Below are positions 56,428-64,000 of a DNA stretch of 64,000 nt, piece by piece. The notes under the pieces were generated by a model, which saw nothing but the letters and a program-made list of their open reading frames with translations, ran no database searches and had not been told where the DNA came from. The stretch spans positions 124,001 to 188,000 of the IMG/VR virus record IMGVR_UViG_3300027541_000009; one strand, given 5' to 3'. The first letter of the stretch is position 1. Each line of letters begins with the position of its first letter. The position numbers were made by a program, and so were the translations under genes.

Positions 56428-59400
56428 ATGACTTTTAATTTATTTTCTAATCCAACAAAAGATGATATTAAAGTCGGATATGTAGACCCAAACTTTGGAT
56501 ATATTACGGAAATAACTATTTGTGAAGCAAATAATTACGCTAAAGATAATCCAGGAACAACTTTTATTTTTACTGATGGCAATAATAACATTAGATATCT
56601 GAATATCAATGAAGTTAATGATTTAACTCCTAACGACTTACTCAATGCAACTGGAGAATGTGACGGAATTCAATCTTACCGTGAGTGTGGACCCCCAAAA
56701 ATTATATTTTTTGGTGGAGATGGTGTAGGTGCTGCAGCAAATCCTATTATTGGTAGAGACGGTTCTTTACTTGCTGTTGATGTTGTTAGAGGTGGTCATG
56801 GATATAAGTATCCACCAATCACTATTGCAAAGGATGATTGTTTATTTGGCAACGGAACTGTTTTAAGATCTATTCTTGGAGAAACTCCAGACCAAATAGA
56901 AGTATTTGAGGGAGAAGAAGATTTTGAGGAATATGAATTATGCGAAGATACTGATGTTGGATATGGAGAATCTTTTGGAGTAAATGGCGAAAATCTTGGT
57001 AGATGGGATCCATCTGGATACACATCAATAACCGAAGACCCCATTAGAAGAGAGATTGATTTATACCAAAGCGTATTAAAAAATCCTTACTGGACTTCGA
57101 GACAAACTAATCCAAGGTCAATTACAGACTCTAATGGAGAAATTTACGAAGTAAATCAAGTTACCTTCCCGAGATGGGGAGAGCATATGAACAAATATGC
57201 AGTTTCTCCAGTTCCTCCATCCGATTTAAAGGGAAGTGATTATAGTGGTCTTGTTTTTAATTTAGAATGGGAAGAGTATTTTCCGATTACTGGAGAATAT
57301 ATCTTTAGAGGCAATTGTGATAATATTGCAACTCTTTTTATTGACGATAATCAAGTTGGCAAGTTAAATGGATTTGCAGAAAATCCAAAACCAATCCAAA
57401 AAACAGTTCAAGAAGGAAGTCATATAATAAGAGTTGAATTGCGTAATCAGGAAATATATGAATCTACAACTACCACTAAACCAAATTTTGTTGAGGTAGA
57501 TTTCACAGTATATGGTCAGGGTGCCTTTAGAGATTTATCTTTTTCATTCACATCCGAAGACGGCAAAGATTCATTTACTATCTTAGGGGCTCAGAGCAAC
57601 AGACAAACAAGAATAGAGAAGATAAAGGTAAGACCTGGAGTAAAATACAAAGTAAAGGCAAAAGAGGACTCTACAAAATTTAAAGGAGTTGAGCAGGGAT
57701 TAGTTAGAAATGGGGTAAAAAGTAAGGAACTTCCTGCGGGTAATGGTAACAAAATTTTTGCGGATTATACTTCAACTAGAAATGACAATGATGATATTCA
57801 GGTTACCACTTCTTTAGGAACTTTTACATCTTCGAATAGAAGAAAGACACCTTACGGAAGAAACACTTATGATCTTACCTTTGAAGTTCCAGGATCCGCA
57901 GTAACTTCCCAGACAGAAACTACAATTTCTCCAAAATCTTGGAATGAAAATCCAATGGGAGTTTCTTTATCTATGGTTGCTCCAATGCCAAACATCCCTC
58001 AAGAGCAACCACCAATACAAACTGGAAGATGTCCACCTAATCCAATTTGGTCTACCAGATTTCCGGGTTCTTCTCAAAAATGGTATCCAGTGAGATTTAC
58101 CAGAGGAAATGCTTGGAGTCCATTCATGAATAGATATGCAATATCTCCGGTTCTTCCTCTCAATACTCCGGGAAGCGATACTGCAGGAGTTACTTTCAGT
58201 AATTCTTGGGAAGTTGATCTTCCTTATGCTGGATTTTATGGTGTTAAAGGAACCAGAGATAATACTGGAAGATTATTAATCGATGGGCAAGAAGTATCGA
58301 CTTTAGATGGATTTAATGTAACCAATCCAAAATTAGCAAAGAAATATCTAACTAAAGGTAGACATACAATTACAGTTGAGGTTAACAATAAACCACAAGA
58401 AATAAAAAAATATGTAGATACTAAAGTTTTTAGTACACAAGATTGGGCATCTCCACCAACTGCCGCTCAGAGCACAGAAGTCTCTTTCAATGTATATGGA
58501 GAAGGGGCAATAAGAGATTTATCCTTTTCATTTACATCTGAAGACGGTAAAGATTCATTTACCATCTTGGGTGCCCAAAAGGTTAAAGAAACAAGAACGG
58601 AAAAAATAAAAGTAAGACCTGGTATTAATTATAGAGTAGTTGCAAAAGAAAATTCTGCAAAATTTAAAAGTGTTGAGCAAGGATTAATTAAAAACGGAAC
58701 TAAGGCAAAAGAAGCCGGTGAAGGTGAAAGTAATAAAATTTTTGCAGACTACATTGCAACCAACAATGATAATGACGACATTCAAATTACAGCTTCATCG
58801 GGTATTTTTAAATCTTCAAATAGAAGAAGAACTCCTTTGGGAAGAAATACTTATGATCTTATTTTTAGAGTTGAAGCGGGAGCTCCAGCAGGAGGTTCTA
58901 CTACAAAAAATGGAGTAACCTACAGCGGTCCAACACTTTTTAAATATCAGGATAGTCGTTGGAGTACATACATGAACGACTTCTCTATTTCTCCAAAAGT
59001 TTTTAAATCTATAAGTCAAGAAGATGAAGCAATTATTGGAGATTTTACATTAAAATGGACTAATGTTAATTTCCCTCAGGGTGGAGTTTATAAATTCAAT
59101 TTTCAAGCAGATAATGCTGCCATATTTAAAGTTGATGGTGTAGAAGTTTATAGCACATCCGATTTTGTTGGGCAAAAAGTTCAATATACATTTAATGCAA
59201 CAGCTGGAAACCATACTATTGAGATAATATTGCAGAATACTAAGTCTGAGGCAAAAATTCGCGATGAGTTTATTTTTGAAAAGAATCCGATGGGAGTTGC
59301 ACTATACATCAGTAAAGATATTCAAAGTTCTTCTTCAGATACAATTGCTTGGACAGACAATCCTATGGCAGTTTCTGCAATTCTGATTCCACCACCATGT

Positions 59401-60057
59401 GCGAAAAAAATAAGTGGTAGAGGAGTTATTGAAAGAGTAGAAATTTTAGATCCAGGAAATGGATATACTCCTCCACCACCACAAGGTGGAGAATATACAG
59501 TTCTACTTGTTTTAGATAGAATTATTGTAGAGAATTCGGGAATTAATTATAACTGTGGGGTTGATCAGATAAAAATTACTCCGAGCAATGGTGCAGTGCT
59601 TGATTATAATTGCGATTCTTTTGGTAGAATTGTTGGAGTTTCAGTTGTTACTCCGGGAATTGGATTTGATGTATATCCAGAAATTACTATTGAGTCAGAA
59701 ACTGGTGTTAATGCCACATTTAGACCAGTGTTTCGTGTTGTTAGAGATCCAATATTAGAAGTCCAACAAATTCCAGAAAAATTAATTCAAGTTACAGATT
59801 TGGTTGGTCTCAAGCAAACTGGATATGTAGATGGAAGAGCATACTATGGTGCCGTTTACTACGATAATGGCATTCCATATGCTGGATTCTATAAGACTGT
59901 TGGAACTCAAGTCAGAGTTTACAACACTCTACAAGAAAGCATTACTGCTCAGGTTACTACAGCTCCAAGCGCAATTCAGAGATCTGGTACTGATATTAAT
60001 AGTAACAATCCAAGACTCAATATTCCAGGAACTCCGCAATCGACAACGGAGCAATAA
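56428..60057 (+). CDS. Large virion structural protein with repeated PA14-like domains
   Basis: Repeats of G.Y.F...DN.A.L.ID..V..G.H.I.VE; internal duplication; GYVDGR..YG C-terminus. Confidence 0.6.
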   Translation: MTFNLFSNPTKDDIKVGYVDPNFGYITEITICEANNYAKDNPGTTFIFTDGNNNIRYLNINEVNDLTPNDLLNATGECDGIQSYRECGPPKIIFFGGDGVGAAANPIIGRDGSLLAVDVVRGGHGYKYPPITIAKDDCLFGNGTVLRSILGETPDQIEVFEGEEDFEEYELCEDTDVGYGESFGVNGENLGRWDPSGYTSITEDPIRREIDLYQSVLKNPYWTSRQTNPRSITDSNGEIYEVNQVTFPRWGEHMNKYAVSPVPPSDLKGSDYSGLVFNLEWEEYFPITGEYIFRGNCDNIATLFIDDNQVGKLNGFAENPKPIQKTVQEGSHIIRVELRNQEIYESTTTTKPNFVEVDFTVYGQGAFRDLSFSFTSEDGKDSFTILGAQSNRQTRIEKIKVRPGVKYKVKAKEDSTKFKGVEQGLVRNGVKSKELPAGNGNKIFADYTSTRNDNDDIQVTTSLGTFTSSNRRKTPYGRNTYDLTFEVPGSAVTSQTETTISPKSWNENPMGVSLSMVAPMPNIPQEQPPIQTGRCPPNPIWSTRFPGSSQKWYPVRFTRGNAWSPFMNRYAISPVLPLNTPGSDTAGVTFSNSWEVDLPYAGFYGVKGTRDNTGRLLIDGQEVSTLDGFNVTNPKLAKKYLTKGRHTITVEVNNKPQEIKKYVDTKVFSTQDWASPPTAAQSTEVSFNVYGEGAIRDLSFSFTSEDGKDSFTILGAQKVKETRTEKIKVRPGINYRVVAKENSAKFKSVEQGLIKNGTKAKEAGEGESNKIFADYIATNNDNDDIQITASSGIFKSSNRRRTPLGRNTYDLIFRVEAGAPAGGSTTKNGVTYSGPTLFKYQDSRWSTYMNDFSISPKVFKSISQEDEAIIGDFTLKWTNVNFPQGGVYKFNFQADNAAIFKVDGVEVYSTSDFVGQKVQYTFNATAGNHTIEIILQNTKSEAKIRDEFIFEKNPMGVALYISKDIQSSSSDTIAWTDNPMAVSAILIPPPCAKKISGRGVIERVEILDPGNGYTPPPPQGGEYTVLLVLDRIIVENSGINYNCGVDQIKITPSNGAVLDYNCDSFGRIVGVSVVTPGIGFDVYPEITIESETGVNATFRPVFRVVRDPILEVQQIPEKLIQVTDLVGLKQTGYVDGRAYYGAVYYDNGIPYAGFYKTVGTQVRVYNTLQESITAQVTTAPSAIQRSGTDINSNNPRLNIPGTPQSTTEQ

Positions 60058-60097
60058 TAACCCTATTAAATAATAGTATATTGAATTTTTACTACTA

Positions 60098-60763
60098 ATG
60101 GCAACAGCCCAAAATACTTTTAATACAAAGGTTGCAACACCGCCTAGAGCAGGTAGAGAGGAACTTCTTGCAGATAATATCTCAAGAAATAATACTGCTA
60201 AGCAGAATTATACTGCAATGAGGTATGGTAATGATCATGGGTCGATTAGTTTCGGTCACATTCACAAAAATGCTGATGTAACTGCCGGTGTTATGGTTCA
60301 GGCATTTGATGCCAGACATTCTGTCATTTTGGATAATGATGGTCCAAGAAAAGGTTGTAGTCAAATTACGGCACCAGGAAGAGTTGTTATTGAGTCTGGA
60401 CAAGATTTAACAGAATCTGAAGAGACTCTTTTTATTCATTCTTGGAATGGTAGTATTGCTATCATTGCTTCTAACGGAAAACTCAGACTTCAAGGAACTG
60501 ATATCGAATTAGTCGCTGTTGGTGAAGGTGGTAGCAAAGGAAACATTCGCATCAATGCAAGCGAAAATATCGAATTAGATGCGAAAAAAGTTTTAGTTAA
60601 TGCCAAATCTTTATATAAATTGGCGACACCGGGAACAGCAGAAATTGTTGCAAATACTGTCATGGAAATTTATGCTCCAATAATTAGAGGGGTAAGCGAT
60701 TCTGTTGCCAACAAAGATTCTAAAGTTGGCGGAAGATCTGTACAATCAAGAAACAACAAATAA
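60098..60763 (+). CDS. Hypothetical baseplate/spike-associated protein (gp5 C-terminal-like beta repeats)
   Basis: Beta-strand-rich; late promoter at 60067-60072. Confidence 0.45.
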   Translation: MATAQNTFNTKVATPPRAGREELLADNISRNNTAKQNYTAMRYGNDHGSISFGHIHKNADVTAGVMVQAFDARHSVILDNDGPRKGCSQITAPGRVVIESGQDLTESEETLFIHSWNGSIAIIASNGKLRLQGTDIELVAVGEGGSKGNIRINASENIELDAKKVLVNAKSLYKLATPGTAEIVANTVMEIYAPIIRGVSDSVANKDSKVGGRSVQSRNNK

Positions 60764-60773
60764 GGAGAAAATT

Positions 60774-61436
60774 ATGGCATTTTTAATGGATGATAATGCA
60801 GTTGGTGGACAATTGATGGTTGGGTCAGGTTTCCCCAAAGCACTTGGGGTTGCTGATGAAAAAATAAGAGGGTCTGGATTTTGTGAAGGACCATTTCAAG
60901 TTGGTGCAGCAGGAGAACATAGCACAGCAAAGGCATCTTTAATGATTGGGCAATTAAAAAATCCCGACGCAAAAACGCAACCACTTTATTCATTGTGGTC
61001 AAGATTATATTCAAGATTTCAAAGCTTTGTAAGAGTTGATTTACTCTTAAAAGCAAAATATGTTGAAGCTGAAGTTGTAAGGACAAAAGTTCTTCAAGCA
61101 TCAATTAAAAACTTTGTAATTGACCACCCATCTAAAGCAGGTAAAAAATTAGTTCATACTTGCCTTGAAGGACCAGAAAATGGTGTTTATGTTCGTGGTA
61201 GAGCATTAAATCAAACAGTAATTGAGTTGCCAGAATACTGGACAGAACTTGTAGATAGTGATACAATTACAGTATCATTAACTCCCGTTGGATCACATCA
61301 GGATATTATAGTAAAAAGAATACAAGACAACAAAATTTATCTTCAAGCAAAAGCAGGAATTCCTATAAATTGTTTTTATCATGTTTTTGCTACAAGAAAG
61401 GATGTTCCAAGATTGATAGTGGAAATTGATTCTTGA
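60774..61436 (+). CDS. Tail-associated protein with FxIxHP...EGP...IELPEYW C-terminal domain
   Basis: AGGAG RBS; C-domain shared with 62824-63597. Confidence 0.55.
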   Translation: MAFLMDDNAVGGQLMVGSGFPKALGVADEKIRGSGFCEGPFQVGAAGEHSTAKASLMIGQLKNPDAKTQPLYSLWSRLYSRFQSFVRVDLLLKAKYVEAEVVRTKVLQASIKNFVIDHPSKAGKKLVHTCLEGPENGVYVRGRALNQTVIELPEYWTELVDSDTITVSLTPVGSHQDIIVKRIQDNKIYLQAKAGIPINCFYHVFATRKDVPRLIVEIDS

Positions 61437-61502
61437 TTGTGAAAATTTGATTTGGATTTTAATACTAAATAACTACTAAATCAGCATAAAAGTAAAAATA
61501 AA

Positions 61503-62423
61503 ATGAGTAGATTAAGTCAATTTGGATTTGGGGGAACAATACCATTTAAAGTAGATCCTAGAGCCATTCCTGTTGAAATTTTGGTAGTAGGTGGTGGAGG
61601 TGGGGGTGGAGTATCATTAGGTGGTGGTGGTGGTGCAGGTAGAGTTGTCTATACCTCAGATACTTTGGTTATTCCTGCAACAGATTATTCAGTAGTTATT
61701 GGTGCAGGTGGAGCTGGAGGAAATTGGTCTGGTTCTCGATATGATGGACTTACTGGATCGGATTCATATTTTTCCAAATTAATAGCTCAAGGTGGTGGTG
61801 GAGGTGGTAGTGGTTCCGGTGGAGCATCCATAACTACTGGTGGGAAATCGGGCGGATCTGGAGGAGGTGCTTCTAATAATAATTCTAGTAGTGTTGGAGG
61901 AACTCTTTACCAATCAATTGCAAGTTATAATTTCGTTTCTTCTGTAGACACTGCGGCTTTCTTAATTAGTTCTGGAAATAATGGAGGACAAGGAAATAGT
62001 GGCGGTGGTGGTGGTGGCGGAGCTGGCGCTGATGGAGGAAGTCAAACCTATGGTGGAAGTGGTGGAAATGGACTCCAATATTCAATTACAGGAACACAAA
62101 CTTATTATGGTGGTGGAGGAGGTGGTGGAGCATATCATCCATACCAATCACAAACTTCTGGTGGATTAGGTGGTGGTGGTAATGGTAATTGGTATACTGT
62201 TGCTGGCGGTAATGGAACTGTTAACACCGGAGGTGGTGGTGGAGGAAATGATAGATATAGTAATGGAGAACCTGCTGGTAATGGTGGATCTGGCATTGTA
62301 ATTATTGCATACAAAGACAGTTATCCAGCTGCCACTGTAGTAAGTGGAACTGTAACCAATCCAACTCGTTCCGGATATAGGGTTTATAGATTTACAACTT
62401 CTGGTTCTATTCGTTTTAATTAA
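61503..62423 (+). CDS. Glycine-rich fibre/adhesin-like protein
   Basis: LVVGGGGGGG, YYGGGGGGG, NTGGGGGG, GGSGIVII glycine-rich motifs. Confidence 0.65.
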   Translation: MSRLSQFGFGGTIPFKVDPRAIPVEILVVGGGGGGGVSLGGGGGAGRVVYTSDTLVIPATDYSVVIGAGGAGGNWSGSRYDGLTGSDSYFSKLIAQGGGGGGSGSGGASITTGGKSGGSGGGASNNNSSSVGGTLYQSIASYNFVSSVDTAAFLISSGNNGGQGNSGGGGGGGAGADGGSQTYGGSGGNGLQYSITGTQTYYGGGGGGGAYHPYQSQTSGGLGGGGNGNWYTVAGGNGTVNTGGGGGGNDRYSNGEPAGNGGSGIVIIAYKDSYPAATVVSGTVTNPTRSGYRVYRFTTSGSIRFN

Positions 62424-62437
62424 TTAAGGAGAAAAAT

Positions 62438-62824
62438 ATGGCACATTTTGCAGAAATTAATCACGAAAATCAAGTTCTTCGTGTAGTCGTTGTCGGAAAC
62501 GATGATTGTAGAGACCAATATGGTCAAGAATCTGAAGAAGTAGGAATTGCATTTTGCAAGTCTCTCTTTGGAGATTATACAAACTGGAGACAAGCAAGCT
62601 ATAATGGCAGTCTAAGGAAAAATTATCCATCAGTTGGATACACTTATGATGATATGAGAAATGCTTTTATTCCACCAAAACCTTATGAAAGTTGGAGATT
62701 AAATGAGGCAACTTGTTTATGGGAATCTCCAGTGCCCATGCCAGAGCGAGATCCAGAAAATCCAGCAATCTATAACTGGGATGAGCAAAATCAAGAATGG
62801 AAGAAGGTGGAGATTAGTCAATAA
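62438..62824 (+). CDS. Hypothetical partner of glycine-rich fibre proteins
   Basis: MAHFAEI, W.QASYN...RKNYPSVGYTYD...AFIPPKPYESW.LNE.TC.WESPVP.P. Confidence 0.65.
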   Translation: MAHFAEINHENQVLRVVVVGNDDCRDQYGQESEEVGIAFCKSLFGDYTNWRQASYNGSLRKNYPSVGYTYDDMRNAFIPPKPYESWRLNEATCLWESPVPMPERDPENPAIYNWDEQNQEWKKVEISQ

Positions 62825-63597
62825 TGGCATATACTTTTGAAAAATATGGGACCTTTACTGGTCCCGGAACAAATGTTGAATTTAGAGATAATGACGATTT
62901 TTCATTAGACCCATTTGATGGTTACTTTAACCTAAGCGATGTTTCAATGCTTTTGGTTAACACTACAGCATCTCCATCAGATTATGTTACTCTGCATTTG
63001 GATGGAAGTAGTACTTCCAATGTAACTCTAGAGAGAAACAGTGGTCCTATTCCAACTTTTAACATTGAGGCAGATCTAACTAACTTTAGTAAAGATGTTT
63101 ATATTGATCGCAATCTTGAAGTACAAAAAACTCTAACAGCAGAGAATTTAATATGGGGAGGAAGATCATTAAATTCTGCAGCTAGTAGCTGGGATGGAAA
63201 AAAAGGATTTGATATTCCCCATCCAACAAAACAAGACCACAGGCTAAGATATATTTGCGTAGAAGGTCCATCTGCAGAAGTTTATTTGAGGGGAAAACTT
63301 AAAGATTCAAATACAATTGAACTTCCAGAATACTGGAGAAATCTTGTAGATTTTGAAACACTTGGAGTAACATTAACTCCTGTTGGACATTATCAAGAAT
63401 TGTTTGTTGATAAAATTGAATGGGGTACAAAGATTATTGTAAAAAATAATTCTGGTGCCACAATCAATTGCGATTACACTGTCTTTGCTGAAAGAAAAGA
63501 TACAACTAAAAATATACCAGAATATGAAGGCTTGACACCTGAAGACTATCCAGGAGATAATAGAGAGTATGTTATTAATGGAAAAAGATATACTTGA
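62824..63597 (+). CDS. Tail-associated protein with FDIPHP...EGP...IELPEYW C-terminal domain
   Basis: TAATG overlap; paralogous C-domain. Confidence 0.55.
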   Translation: MAYTFEKYGTFTGPGTNVEFRDNDDFSLDPFDGYFNLSDVSMLLVNTTASPSDYVTLHLDGSSTSNVTLERNSGPIPTFNIEADLTNFSKDVYIDRNLEVQKTLTAENLIWGGRSLNSAASSWDGKKGFDIPHPTKQDHRLRYICVEGPSAEVYLRGKLKDSNTIELPEYWRNLVDFETLGVTLTPVGHYQELFVDKIEWGTKIIVKNNSGATINCDYTVFAERKDTTKNIPEYEGLTPEDYPGDNREYVINGKRYT

Positions 63598-64000
63598 GTA
63601 AAATACACGAATTATTTCCTTTGATAATTTATCAAGGTGATGTCCAATGTCATGAAGAATTTAAAAAAAATAATTTAGATCGTCTTCGTGATTATTGGTT
63701 TAATGGATATGAGAACGAAAGTCCTGAGTACTCTGGAAAAATATTTGTCCATTCAAAAGAAGAATATAAGTCTTTTTTTAAAGAACTTCGTACTCACATA
63801 GACAATTACTTCAAAATTCTCAATGTAGATTATAGTAAACTGAGTTATCACAACATCAAATCGTGGGTTGGATGCCATTTTAGTGATGAAGAACCACCAT
63901 TAAAACCACATACGCACAATGAATCTAATTTAAGTTATGTTTATTATCTAAAGACTGACGAAACTTCTGATAGATTGTGTATTGTTCAGGATAAAAATAA
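63594..64000 (+). CDS. 2OG-Fe(II) oxygenase-like protein, 3'-truncated (not in ORF track)
   Basis: TTG start overlapping the upstream TGA; LFPLIIY...KSWV...PHTHNESNLSYVYYL; open to the window edge. Confidence 0.6.
   Translation, partial: MSKIHELFPLIIYQGDVQCHEEFKKNNLDRLRDYWFNGYENESPEYSGKIFVHSKEEYKSFFKELRTHIDNYFKILNVDYSKLSYHNIKSWVGCHFSDEEPPLKPHTHNESNLSYVYYLKTDETSDRLCIVQDKN

Noticed and set aside
61503-62423. Glycine-rich repeats as a diversity-generating retroelement target
   Set aside because: No reverse transcriptase or template/variable repeat pair in the window.

Overview
A 64-kb, AT-rich segment of a T4-like (myovirus) cyanophage genome, probably infecting a picocyanobacterium (Synechococcus/Cyanobium-like; the host is inferred). 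Left to right: (1) a ~13-kb glycan-modification island (GT17, GT47-like, several GT11, GT61, GT2, GT7-like, GT25, UDP-sugar dehydrogenase, methyltransferases, nadE); (2) an auxiliary metabolic block (cyanobacterial porin, ahcY, pstS, two hli, petF, peroxiredoxin); (3) two lysin-like genes and a cluster of late, apparently exported proteins, including an autotransporter-like PEPT-repeat protein; (4) psbA and psbD, each followed by a free-standing putative homing endonuclease and each locally recoded near its 3' end, with a stranded duplicate of the psbA 3' end; (5) glutaredoxin, speD, a glutamine-riboswitch-like tandem RNA whose first stem encloses a whole ORF, preceded by an NtcA-like box and followed by a DUF4278-like peptide, then thyX, phoH, exonuclease, gp33, gp59, gp32; (6) the baseplate/tail module (gp53, gp48, gp2-like, gp4, gp54-like, gp26, gp51, tape-measure-like paralogues carrying hydrolase domains, hub, cp12, gp5, fibre-associated genes). 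No tRNA, rRNA, CRISPR array or intron was recognised. All assignments come from motif recognition by eye; no database searches were run.
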